From Promethearchaeota archaeon (GTDB lineage: Archaea > Asgardarchaeota > Heimdallarchaeia > Hodarchaeales > Hodarchaeaceae): DNA of 64,000 nucleotides. Shown one piece after another: positions 52,956 to 63,293 of the stretch. Location: the NCBI GenBank assembly GCA_048938105.1, contig JBHLMN010000010.1:152937-216936 (forward strand), in the 5' to 3' direction. A program made the position numbers and the translations under genes. A model generated the notes under the pieces. The model was given only the letters and a program-made list of their open reading frames with translations, did not search any database and was not told the origin of the DNA. Within the stretch, counting starts at the first letter, position 1; the number at the start of each line of letters is the position of its first letter.

Positions 52956-52990
52956 GTTATAATTTTCAAACTGTTGGAATTGGTAAGATA

Positions 52991-53779
52991 ATGGTAATTA
53001 ATTTAACAAAAATCTTTAAAACTAAACGAAAAGGTAAGAGTAGCTATATTCCGTCTATTGAAGTTATCACAGCGATTTTAGGTAACTGTTGGCGTTCAGA
53101 ATGCAGTAATGTAGATATAGTTAATTACATGAAAAAGAAAAATCTAAAAGGACACTCATCAGGCAATATTTCTGAAGCTTTAAGTTATCTGGATAATTCT
53201 GTAGAAGGAGCAGGAATTATTATAAGTAAAAGAGGCTGGGGAAGAAAAAGAACGAATACTATTGACTTTCATGCTATTTTAGATTATATTTTTAGCTATT
53301 TAGTATCATTCTCTCAAGATGAAGAGACAAAGAAGCAGAAAAAATATCTTTTAGATTTAGTAAAGAGAAAAAGGAAAAGGACTGGTGAAATGTTTCTTTC
53401 AATGTTTTCAAATAAAGGAGTTCTCGAATATTTTAATTGGAAAAAAATTTTTATGATATGTCCAGAAATTATGCTCTATTTGATTCTTGTAAGTGATTTA
53501 TCCTCAATGATGAATAGCTATCAAAAAGATTCGAGAGAAAATGATGAATTAACTCAAGAAAGAATATTTGAAATCCAACAAGAATGGCTAAATAAGTATT
53601 TACAAGGAAAAAAAGAATATAATAATGAAATAGAAGCACCAAAGGATGAGTCTTTTTACAGCGCTCTAATGCGTTCATTTGAAGCTAAAATAGTTACAAA
53701 TTACGAAAAAAGGCATAAAGATATTAGAATTGCCTTTTCAGCGATAAAAGGGGTAAGAGAAAACATCATAATTTTTTAA
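52991..53779 (+). CDS. Putative winged-helix regulator
   Basis: SNVDIV..SSGNISEALSYL..GIIISKRGWGRKR. Confidence 0.55.
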   Translation: MVINLTKIFKTKRKGKSSYIPSIEVITAILGNCWRSECSNVDIVNYMKKKNLKGHSSGNISEALSYLDNSVEGAGIIISKRGWGRKRTNTIDFHAILDYIFSYLVSFSQDEETKKQKKYLLDLVKRKRKRTGEMFLSMFSNKGVLEYFNWKKIFMICPEIMLYLILVSDLSSMMNSYQKDSRENDELTQERIFEIQQEWLNKYLQGKKEYNNEIEAPKDESFYSALMRSFEAKIVTNYEKRHKDIRIAFSAIKGVRENIIIF

Positions 53780-53985
53780 ACAAGAGAACAGAAAGAGAGA
53801 ATCATCACACAAGTATTTGTTGTATCATTATCAATTTTCTTGATAATTAGTTTAAAATACAATTTTCATTAAATGAGTTCTTTTATAAAGTTAAATGTCT
53901 TAACTCATTGGAGCAATGAATATAGAACAGGGAGAAAGAAAAAAGGTATAGGGATTCTTTTTAAAAATACAAAAGGGAAATTCAA

Positions 53986-55149
53986 ATGTGGTTTATGAGA
54001 ATTTCAATTATTGCTTATCCTGATACGCTAGGGGTGGATCTAACAAGTCTATTCACAGGGAAAAAAATAAAAACAGATCCTAAGAAGCAAATAGATATAA
54101 TAAATACGACACAAAAAGTAACTGTTGAGAACAGTAAGATAGAGCTTACATTTTTGAATTTAATTTTGAAAGACGGTTTTCTTGGTTTTCGGAAGTCAGT
54201 AATCAACATTGAAACAAAAATCCAAGCGATATTAAATATTATGAAAAAGCAACAAAAAACAGAATCCTTGATCTCTATTGGGAAAGAAATATGTAGGCTA
54301 ATTGAAGACGAGAAAAAGAAAGACATTTTGGACATTTCACCCTCACTCTTATTGGGAATCTATGCTCATGAGATGCTTGAAAGCACGAGAAAAGGTAAAT
54401 TCAATTCTGATATGATAAATAGGATGAAAGAAATTAAGAGTGACATTGATGACCTATTGAAATTAAAAAATGAGCAGACAAGTGTATATCAAAGCAACGG
54501 TGGGATTGTTGCTTTTAATACAAACAAACGAAATTCTTTCGTTTATGCACAAAAATTTGTAACTGAATATTTGCAATACAGGCAAAATCAGAATCTGATA
54601 ATTATCGGATTTAAAGACGAGGAGAGAGAAATAACAACAGAAGAGGGTGAATCATTTGCTAATACTGTGGGAATACCTTATATTGAGATGTTAAATAATG
54701 AAAAACCTGTTATTAATAAAATAATTCGTGATTTAATAATAAATTTTATCAGTTCTGTTACAAGACCACACGAACCTAGTATTGATTTAACCTCACCAAA
54801 GCGAGAAAAAAAGAAAGAAAAATCAAAGGAATGTCTAACTATAATTAAAAATCACTCTAAGGAGTTACTAGATCTATTAGGAAGTTTAGAGGAACATCCT
54901 GAAAACACACCACTTTTTATTTTGTGTAATCAAATCTCTTCTTTCAGTACTGCTCTGCTAAAGCAATATAATATCATGAGAATGACGATCGTTCCAATTA
55001 TGCATTTATGTGTACAAAGAATGACAAAGATAGTAAATATTGATTCATTTTCCTCTGAAATTATTAATCAGATAGATGTAATTAAGAGTAATCTTGAAGA
55101 GCTAAGTAAGCGAATCAGTGCTGAATTTAAACCAGATTATCCAAAATAA
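53986..55149 (+). CDS. Degenerate Rab-like GTPase split by a helical insertion
   Basis: N-half ISIIAYPDTLGVDLT..KVTVENSKIELTFLNL; C-half GGIVAF..RNSF..LIIIG..REITTEEGESFANTVGIPYIEM. Confidence 0.65.
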   Translation: MWFMRISIIAYPDTLGVDLTSLFTGKKIKTDPKKQIDIINTTQKVTVENSKIELTFLNLILKDGFLGFRKSVINIETKIQAILNIMKKQQKTESLISIGKEICRLIEDEKKKDILDISPSLLLGIYAHEMLESTRKGKFNSDMINRMKEIKSDIDDLLKLKNEQTSVYQSNGGIVAFNTNKRNSFVYAQKFVTEYLQYRQNQNLIIIGFKDEEREITTEEGESFANTVGIPYIEMLNNEKPVINKIIRDLIINFISSVTRPHEPSIDLTSPKREKKKEKSKECLTIIKNHSKELLDLLGSLEEHPENTPLFILCNQISSFSTALLKQYNIMRMTIVPIMHLCVQRMTKIVNIDSFSSEIINQIDVIKSNLEELSKRISAEFKPDYPK

Positions 55150-55173
55150 GCGATTGAAAAAGAAAACACAATT

Positions 55174-55735
55174 TTCTTTGGATGTAGATAAAATGTCAAA
55201 TAATTACTGTCAAGAAATTGAAAAAGAAGCAAAAAAACTGGTAGAAATAGCAACTACCATTAAAGATCCCTCAAACTCTTATCAAAAGGAATTAGAACAT
55301 GTAAAAAGTCTTGGGGAATCAATAATTCGAATTTGTAATTGGAATACAGACCCAGAAAAGCAAAAGGAGTTTAAAATGATGCAAGGATTAATGGATGTTT
55401 TTAAAAATCCTGATAAGAAAAACGCTGGAATCAAAATGAAGAATATTTTTGAGGAGTTTGAAGGAAAATCGATTAATGACGAAGAACTTGCAGAAATCGA
55501 AGATCAGTTGCAAATACTTGAAGGTATTTCAATTCCTGAAAATAGTCCAGTTTTTACAGGTGCACAAACGGGTAAACCTGTAGAACAAGCAGAAAGTATC
55601 CTAGATGAACTCATGAAGTTTTCAAAAATTATGATCCATTTGCCTGAAGTTCAAAACATCATTATAAAAATAGATAAATTGGCAGAAAACTGGTATAACT
55701 CTGAAAAACCAGATGATAAGATTATTAGGCTTTAA
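55174..55735 (+). CDS. Hypothetical helical protein (ATG at 55174 assumed)
   Basis: ORF co-oriented within the element. Confidence 0.6.
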
Positions 55736-55803
55736 GACATCCGAATTTTACGAATTATTAATGATTATTCTTAATACTGCTATTTAAAAAATGAAAAAAG
55801 GGG

Positions 55804-58800
55804 ATGATTATTGTTTTGACAACCTCTCAATTATTAGAGGGAATAACTGATGCAGGAAAATTTGAGTTACTTGCATCTGATATTTTGCGTTATAAATATC
55901 CAGAACTCGAAGGTTTAATACATATTGGAGTAACAACTTCAGGTAGAACCAGAAGATCACCCTTAGATGGATTTTTGAAGATTCCATATTCCGAACCACC
56001 CCATTACGCGTTGATTCAACACACCACAGTTGATTTGGTCTCATTAAAAGAAAAATGGATTGACGATCTAGAAAAAGCACATAAAATAAGTTTAACAATA
56101 CAGGAAGAAAATGCTGTTTTTACAATTTATTTAACTTCTAACAAGATCATTAATGACGAGATATGTAAAAAAATATACCAAAGAGCCAGCGAACTTGCTT
56201 TAGCGCCAATTTTAATCGAAAATACAATTATCTCAGCTTTTTTAGATAATGATGAAAATGGACAATGGCTTAGAAAAAAATATTTCGGTGTTATTGATGA
56301 GAAACTATCTAAAAACCGCTTCACGAAATTATGTCAAGAAAGTTTGGAGAGATATGAACATAACTTATTTGAGTGCAAAGTAGAATCATTGATAGATAGA
56401 GAGATTGAAACCACTTTAATAAGAAAGATAAAAACTAATAAAAAGTCAATTTTTTTTATTGTAGGAGAATCAGGATACGGTAAATCATCAATTGCATATA
56501 AAACACTAGTAAATCTCAAAAATAGCGATTTTACACTTTGGTTTCCACCAGAAATAATCAATAATAACTATTCATTGCAAGATTCTCTATCTGATTGGTT
56601 CAAACAGCTTTATCCATATATCGAATCTAAATCAGGAGAACAAGCTGTAAGGAATGTGAATGTTACTGAAAAGAATTTAGTGATTGTAATTGACGATATT
56701 AATAGAACAAATAATCCAGTAAATATTTTGGATAAAATTATTAGATGGTTAAAAAGTAAAGAGGAAAAATCCTTTAGCTCTAATATAAAATTTATAATCC
56801 CCTTATGGCCGCAAATTTTTAGGCAAATAAAAACTAAAATCGAAAGATTACACTTTATTGACTCATTATTTCTAGATAGATATTCTTTAGATGAGGCTAA
56901 AACTGTATTGTTAAACGGATTAAAACATATGGAACATTCTCATACTATCGTTGAAATTGAATCCTTTGTGAAGAACTTAGGACTTGATCCTTTCTTAATT
57001 GGATTATTCCTTGAAAATCTAGATTTCAATAGAGGTTTAATAACCGTAGAACCTCACGATATTATTTATTCGTTCATTAATAGATGTATTCAGGAATTAG
57101 GCAGCCAATTCATGGATTATTACCAAATACTCTTTGAGTTGTCATCAAAAATGATTTTGGAGAATAATCATTATCCGTCTTGGAACTATATTACTAAATG
57201 GTTTGATAACCAGAATAAACTTGTAGCATTAAAGGATCTGGTTAATCAGGGAAAAATTTGCAGAACTGACGAATTATTTCATTTGCATTTTCGCCACGAT
57301 CGTTTAAAAGATTATTTCATGGTGGAAAATTTTAAACATTATATAAAGAGTAATGATGATGAATTTGATGAATTATTTTTCGATCCTTTTTATGCACCCC
57401 TAGTAGCAAAGGCTATCTTGTTCAGGTATCTTTCTAATGGTTTTCTTAAAAAAATCCAACATTCATCACCATTGATACTTTTCGAATGTTTGAAGATTAT
57501 TAAACCTCCCGATACGACACTCGCTAATCAGATTGTAAAAAATATAAACGATTGGATCAAAGTAAGCAATATAAAAAACAATTTGGATGATCCACCTAAT
57601 TGGGAAGTTTACCATTCGTTCGCTTGGTTGTTAGCTGAGACAGATTCTCCATTCGTTTTAGATATAACTGATGACTTGCCTCATTATTCAAATATTGCTT
57701 TAGCAAGATTAAGGAATGGTTCTATAGATAGTGGTATTCGTTATTGTTCAAGAGATGGAGCAGAAATTTTGCGAGTGAATGATCCTCAAAGAGATAAAAT
57801 CTTAAAACATGCTTTGATGAGATATAAAGATAAAATTATTGAGGATTTAAGAAATATTTTGGAAAATCCTTCTGATTTTAAAACCGAGTATATTAGAGGG
57901 GCTCTTTTCATTATCGGCCAACTTAGACTATATGAACTTGAACATGATTTATCAAATTTTTGGGATTTAGTTCAAAATAAAGCGGAATTACTTTCATTGA
58001 TGCTTTGGGCTACAATGAGATGCTGTAAATCCTCAATAAATGTAATTATGGAGGAATTGATTGACTTTTGGCTAACATTACCAGATGAAGGAGAAAATTC
58101 AATTAAACAAGTTTCCTCAGAGATTGAATTTGGTCTAAAGAAAAAAATAAATCCTATTGCCCTGAATATATTAATTGAGAAAGCAAATGCACATGAAAAA
58201 TTGAAATGGCCGGTCTCTTATCTTCTAAGAGGTGTAGATAACCGTAGTGCTCTTGAATTTGTAATAAAGGAAGCTTCAGAAATCAAAAAATCTCTTGAAG
58301 GTACTGACAAATTTTCTGTTTGGTTGAATAGAATTGACGATGAGTGGAATCCAAGACTTCATAGATCAAGAAAAATGTCTAAAGATTCAGTAGATTTCTT
58401 ACGATCCTTATGGGAGGATGACCTGAATGACAAATACATAAGGACAATCTCTTTTCAATTATGGTTACATAGTTTAAATCAGGATGATCTTGATTTTCTT
58501 AAAGAAGTTCAAAATGAAAAGCTTTTCTTTAATTTGGCTCTCTATAAAAGGGTTGGGCTTGGTGATTTATCCTGCATATATGAATATTGCAATAAATTAA
58601 GAACAAAGCCTTATTGGGTACATATGGCTTATAAAATCTGGAGTAATCCAATTATTAAAGAAATAATTCATATAATTAATTCTGACGAATTTGTTTCAGA
58701 TAGCCCGAATTATAAAAAGGATAGTTTTTTTTGGGATTTAGCAGAAGTATTAACAAAAATTCCTACATACAAAGCTGATATATTTATTGTTGAAAATTGG

Positions 58801-59448
58801 GACGATTTAAAATCAAACTATAAAATTATACAAGCTGCACTATATGTAGGTACTGAAAAATGTCTAAAGTTGGCTAAACAAGCAATTATAAATTTAAAAG
58901 ATCGCGACAGTATATTCAAGTATATTTCATCCCTTTTTGGGTGTAACACATTAGGAAAACGTGAATACTTAACATTAGAAAAAATGAAAAACCTAATTCC
59001 GTACTTAAATCATATTCCTCCTAACGAACTTGGGTATTTTGGGCAACATTGTCAAAAAATAGGTGAGGTTGAATGGAGTAAGATGTATCTCTACGAACGG
59101 ATGGATCCATTATATAAGAAGACCTTACATCCGACAAATGATCAACTATATTCCGAAATTGAGAGCATTTTAAAACTTGATGACATTTTTGGCCGCACAT
59201 ATTTTTGGGTAGAGCGATTTGATGAGAGAAAAGATACTAAAGAAAGGCTTTTAGGATTATTATCCCAATTACTAGATAAAAGTCCTTCATATAAATCCGC
59301 TGAATTTGTTTCTATTTGTTTGAAGCTAAAAGGTGAAAGGAGAGATCTAAATATCTTAGATCATGAATTTCCAGAGGAAATCTCTTATAAAATAAAAAGA
59401 TTAAAGGAAGCGACAAGATTCAGGATATATAGAAGAACCCTAATGTAA
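55804..59448 (+). CDS. STAND/NACHT-like NTPase with N-terminal REase-like domain and helical C-terminus (Avs-like defence protein)
   Basis: FELLA..SPLDG N-terminus; Walker A GESGYGKS; Walker B VIVIDD; FRHDRLKDYF. Confidence 0.75.
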   Translation: MIIVLTTSQLLEGITDAGKFELLASDILRYKYPELEGLIHIGVTTSGRTRRSPLDGFLKIPYSEPPHYALIQHTTVDLVSLKEKWIDDLEKAHKISLTIQEENAVFTIYLTSNKIINDEICKKIYQRASELALAPILIENTIISAFLDNDENGQWLRKKYFGVIDEKLSKNRFTKLCQESLERYEHNLFECKVESLIDREIETTLIRKIKTNKKSIFFIVGESGYGKSSIAYKTLVNLKNSDFTLWFPPEIINNNYSLQDSLSDWFKQLYPYIESKSGEQAVRNVNVTEKNLVIVIDDINRTNNPVNILDKIIRWLKSKEEKSFSSNIKFIIPLWPQIFRQIKTKIERLHFIDSLFLDRYSLDEAKTVLLNGLKHMEHSHTIVEIESFVKNLGLDPFLIGLFLENLDFNRGLITVEPHDIIYSFINRCIQELGSQFMDYYQILFELSSKMILENNHYPSWNYITKWFDNQNKLVALKDLVNQGKICRTDELFHLHFRHDRLKDYFMVENFKHYIKSNDDEFDELFFDPFYAPLVAKAILFRYLSNGFLKKIQHSSPLILFECLKIIKPPDTTLANQIVKNINDWIKVSNIKNNLDDPPNWEVYHSFAWLLAETDSPFVLDITDDLPHYSNIALARLRNGSIDSGIRYCSRDGAEILRVNDPQRDKILKHALMRYKDKIIEDLRNILENPSDFKTEYIRGALFIIGQLRLYELEHDLSNFWDLVQNKAELLSLMLWATMRCCKSSINVIMEELIDFWLTLPDEGENSIKQVSSEIEFGLKKKINPIALNILIEKANAHEKLKWPVSYLLRGVDNRSALEFVIKEASEIKKSLEGTDKFSVWLNRIDDEWNPRLHRSRKMSKDSVDFLRSLWEDDLNDKYIRTISFQLWLHSLNQDDLDFLKEVQNEKLFFNLALYKRVGLGDLSCIYEYCNKLRTKPYWVHMAYKIWSNPIIKEIIHIINSDEFVSDSPNYKKDSFFWDLAEVLTKIPTYKADIFIVENWDDLKSNYKIIQAALYVGTEKCLKLAKQAIINLKDRDSIFKYISSLFGCNTLGKREYLTLEKMKNLIPYLNHIPPNELGYFGQHCQKIGEVEWSKMYLYERMDPLYKKTLHPTNDQLYSEIESILKLDDIFGRTYFWVERFDERKDTKERLLGLLSQLLDKSPSYKSAEFVSICLKLKGERRDLNILDHEFPEEISYKIKRLKEATRFRIYRRTLM

Positions 59449-59974
59449 TAGAATGTGGTTAACAACCTTATTGGCGAAAAAGTCATAAACATCTGTTAAA
59501 TGGCTATTTTATGCCAAAGACGGAAAAATGTCTTCAATGTCCAGAAACTGAGACTATTCTACAATGTTTTTCCTTCTTTCTCATATTAAAGATAGGAAAA
59601 AATCATAAAGCATATCTCAAAGAAAAACAGAGTATACAAGAATGATAAATCCTTTCACAACCCAATTTTTTTAGTCTCATATAATTCGGAAGAACAAAAT
59701 TGAGATTTAAAACAGTCAAATTTCAAAATCAGTTATCGCAAGAAAATTCCATAATGATTTCACCTAAAATTAGGAATGAGAAATAGTTCCTATAAAAAAA
59801 GATTTTAGAGACAAAGAAAATAACACCATAGACGTACTTGATACAACAATAGGGGAGTTTAATGCCATTCTATAAATTTAGATTTAAATTCCTAAAATAG
59901 TATATTATAGGAATATTTTTTATAATAGTGGGATATTCTAATATTTCATTTTAAACCAATCAGAGGGAAAATTT

Positions 59975-60853
59975 TTGACTAAGGATCAAATATTGAATGA
60001 CGTTCTTGAATATTGGAAAGAACAACGAGAACAAATTATCAGTAAATCGAAAGAAGTTATGAAAGGAGATCTACAGACACTCAAGGGAACACATCGAGAA
60101 TTAATAATAGAAGATTTTTTTAGAAAATTTTTTCCAAAACGATTTGATTATGGTAATGGTTACATTATTGATTCTGAATTAAACAAAAGTAATCAATCTG
60201 ATGTAGTTATCTATGACGCAGAGAACCATCCTATAATTCCATTAAGAAATTATAACTACTTTTTTGCTGAGTCAGTGAATTTTGTTTTCGAAATTAAAAG
60301 TTATCATAACAAAGAAGAACTCGAAAAAGTTATTGAAGGAACAAAAAAAATTAATCAATTAAAACCTCATTTAAAACCTAATTTCGATTTATATAAGAAA
60401 TCAATTGAAACAAGGTTTTTAAACATAGAGAAAAGATTGATTTATCATACTAACAGCATGGACGACCCCACAGAATTTTCTAAATCAGTTTTAAACACCG
60501 ATGAGCTAATACCACTTGCTTTTCCAAATCCTATATTAACTGGTGCTATTTTCCTAAAAACTCAAAAGAAATTTGATCTTGAGGAAGCGCTAAATGAGCA
60601 AGGAATACAAAGTATCCATAAAGAGTGGCCAAACCTTATGGTATGGCTTGAAGAGGGGATTGTATGCCTGAAGTATTTAGGGAGGATCACAATCTTTGAA
60701 CCTAAGGAATATTGTTTATTTCTAGTTTTTATAATAACTATTTCACTGTTACAAGAATTAATCGGTGATACTGAGAGAAAAGACATATACCCAATTTATA
60801 CTTGGGGTCAAAAATTCAAACCTATTCATAGTAGGTCATATGACTGGAAATAA
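59975..60853 (+). CDS. PD-(D/E)xK nuclease-fold protein (DUF6602-like)
   Basis: G..RE..I..F....P......G.IID....SNQSDVVIYD...AESV...EIKS. Confidence 0.75.
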   Translation: MTKDQILNDVLEYWKEQREQIISKSKEVMKGDLQTLKGTHRELIIEDFFRKFFPKRFDYGNGYIIDSELNKSNQSDVVIYDAENHPIIPLRNYNYFFAESVNFVFEIKSYHNKEELEKVIEGTKKINQLKPHLKPNFDLYKKSIETRFLNIEKRLIYHTNSMDDPTEFSKSVLNTDELIPLAFPNPILTGAIFLKTQKKFDLEEALNEQGIQSIHKEWPNLMVWLEEGIVCLKYLGRITIFEPKEYCLFLVFIITISLLQELIGDTERKDIYPIYTWGQKFKPIHSRSYDWK

Positions 60854-60914
60854 TCTAGAAAAGTGGGTTAAAAAGTCCACTAATTTGTTATCTTACATAT
60901 TTTTTATATAATAG

Positions 60915-60942
60915 ATGTGCAATATCGTTGGATATATCCCAG
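60915..60942 (+). other. dif-like site L (attR): ATGTGCAATAT-CGTTGG-ATATATCCCAG
   Basis: Left arm is 9/11 inverse of the site K right arm; right flank ATATATC...GAACTT shared with site J. Confidence 0.7.
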
Positions 60943-61023
60943 AACTTGGGTATTGTTGATGTATGATATCGCACGAACCTTTGTATAGTATTTAGCAATT
61001 AAGAATAAGGGAAAAAATTTCCC

Positions 61024-61971
61024 TTATTGCCTATAGATCCAATGTTTAGCCCCTTGCTCTTCACTTATATTAAAACCGATTTTCTTATAGAATTCAAATG
61101 CTGGATTGTTAAGTACTATACTTCCCACCATTTCTTTTGCTTTTTGTTTGGTGAAATAATCCTTGGCTCCTTGTATCATTGCCTTTCGAAGACTTACTCC
61201 ATCTGGAAATTCTTGATCCACGACCATCCCCCCAAAATTACCATACACCGTGGTGTCTTTTTGTCCTCTATCTGCGGGTGAATGTGTTCCAACATGTATG
61301 TATCCCTTTAAATCTCCTTTCCAGTAGACGAGGAAAGAATCTTCTGATGACATCTCTCCGTTATCAAATCTCTCTGTAAGATTCTCAACCGTAATTTCTT
61401 CGCCTACAATACTTTCCTTGGATTTACGGTAGGTCACCAACGTTGAAAAATCATCTTTTGTTAATGGTTTGATTTCAAAATCCGACGATATCTCAAAATT
61501 AATTTCGTTAATCGGAAGACGCATCTCACGAGCTTCTTGAACTTCCACCACCTTTGCTATTGTCTGACTTTCGAAATACTCATGAGCTTTCTTGAAATCA
61601 TACGCGTAGTGGGATTCGATCGTTCCTGGATTTTTTTTGCTATCTTCTTTAGCAAATTCATAGATTGCTTTGAACAGTCGATCCAATGTTTCTTTCGATC
61701 GGTATTCCTTTAAAATTATAGGGTAGAAAATGCCGTGGAAGCCGCCATGAATCCGACATTCAGTATACCCCACAATCTGTTGATCTTGAGTTACTAGATA
61801 TTGAACTTGCTTTGGATTAAAATTTGGTTCTTCGTGACGTTTCCGAACTTTTTCTGCTGTAATTAGTTCAGGTTCTGGTATCATTTCTACAATTACTGTG
61901 TTGAATATTTCTGCCTGGGCTTCTTCATCCCCTTTTTCATAACTACGTATAGTTAAACTTTCTTGGACCAT
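61024..61971 (-). CDS. Tandem GNAT acetyltransferase
   Basis: TIRSYEKGD; IVGY; N.PAFEFYKKIGF. Confidence 0.8.
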   Translation of the reverse strand: MVQESLTIRSYEKGDEEAQAEIFNTVIVEMIPEPELITAEKVRKRHEEPNFNPKQVQYLVTQDQQIVGYTECRIHGGFHGIFYPIILKEYRSKETLDRLFKAIYEFAKEDSKKNPGTIESHYAYDFKKAHEYFESQTIAKVVEVQEAREMRLPINEINFEISSDFEIKPLTKDDFSTLVTYRKSKESIVGEEITVENLTERFDNGEMSSEDSFLVYWKGDLKGYIHVGTHSPADRGQKDTTVYGNFGGMVVDQEFPDGVSLRKAMIQGAKDYFTKQKAKEMVGSIVLNNPAFEFYKKIGFNISEEQGAKHWIYRQ

Positions 61972-62175
61972 TTTTATTCTTTCCTTATTCTTTGAATTAT
62001 TTGGATTTCTTGTTTAAATGATCATTCCATTTATAATGGAATTATTCAGTTATATATTGAATGATTCAATAAGAATTTTATTCATTCAAAAGGTATTTAA
62101 TCTTTACTATTCTGGCATAATATACAATTCAAACCCCGTACAGGCATTTCACACTATTCTTGTGACGAGATTACA

Positions 62176-62877
62176 ATGGATGAAAAACGAGAAATATTAT
62201 ACAGTTTTTGGGAATCTCTTCCTCCACTGAAGATTATTTCGAGACCAGAAGAAGAGGTTTACGGTCACAAAGTGCGATTACATATTATTCAAATATTACG
62301 TAAAGGAATTTTAGATCGATTAGATAACAGTAGAAGGCGTAGGGCGTTAAACGCGAGAGAAATATTATCTATTCTAAAGGAGATGCAAACAGAGGAGGAC
62401 AAAGACGAAGAAGAAGCCCCAAAAGCTAAAGATATCAGCTTACAAAGTCTATACTTTCATTTACAGAAACTAGAAGAAGCTGAATTAATACAGACTGTTA
62501 CTATTTTACGGAAAGGAAGTCATAACACAGCCTACTATGGCAGAACAGCACGAATCTTTCTTCACACTGATCTTGTAAAACATGAACAAAAGATCTCTCG
62601 GGCTTTTACAGCAATTAAACAATTTGTCAAAGTAAAAAATCCAGATTTAAATGTAGAAAAACTCGATAATTTTCGTCAGAGGTATCTTACTCATGAAAAA
62701 CAGAGAAGTGAAAGAATCTCCAAATGGTTTATCCAATATGAATCCCTGATTGTAGAGAACAATATTGATCTGACCTCATTTTTCAAATTTATGGAAATTA
62801 TCGACACTATTAATCCTGAAAATATTCAAATCCTCAAGGAATTGCAAGAAACTTTAAAATTTGAATCATTACCATGA
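62176..62877 (+). CDS. ArsR-like winged-helix regulator
   Basis: H.VRL.IIQIL; SLQSLYFHLQKLEEAELI; YYGRTAR. Confidence 0.85.
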   Translation: MDEKREILYSFWESLPPLKIISRPEEEVYGHKVRLHIIQILRKGILDRLDNSRRRRALNAREILSILKEMQTEEDKDEEEAPKAKDISLQSLYFHLQKLEEAELIQTVTILRKGSHNTAYYGRTARIFLHTDLVKHEQKISRAFTAIKQFVKVKNPDLNVEKLDNFRQRYLTHEKQRSERISKWFIQYESLIVENNIDLTSFFKFMEIIDTINPENIQILKELQETLKFESLP

Positions 62878-63047
62878 GAAGATCAGAGATGACACCATTT
62901 TTGGTATCGCTGCTCTCTATATTTTATCGCAACCCGAAGTTGAACAACTCTATACTAGATAGAGGTAAGTTCGTGTGAGGAGGGAGTTCTTTCACTCTTT
63001 TTCCCTTCTTGATATCTTTTTATTATATCATGCACAGCTACACATGA

Positions 63048-63293
63048 GTGTTATCAATGGGTTATAAAACTATATCATTATCTGAAGAAGCCTATAAACG
63101 ATTATTAGAAAGAAAAAAGGGAAATGAAAGTTTTAGTGATGTTGTAATGCGATTAACGACCAATAGTACATTAAATGATTTTGTTGGGCTTCTCTCTCGA
63201 GATTCTTGCGATAAAATTGAGAAAGCTGTTGCAAAATTTCGTGAGTCTCGTGAAAAAATCTTTAGAAAAGAAATTGAAACTTTAGTGGATTAA
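63048..63293 (+). CDS. vapB: VapB-like antitoxin (DUF217-type)
   Basis: KTISLSEEAYKRL..K..NESFSDVVMRL. Confidence 0.88.
   Translation: MLSMGYKTISLSEEAYKRLLERKKGNESFSDVVMRLTTNSTLNDFVGLLSRDSCDKIEKAVAKFRESREKIFRKEIETLVD

Larger units (their letters stand above)
47800..60931. mobile_element. 13.1-kb integrative element bounded by dif-like sites K and L
   Basis: Tyrosine recombinase at one end, CGTTGG core repeated at both ends, iteron-like repeats and defence cargo. Confidence 0.7.
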
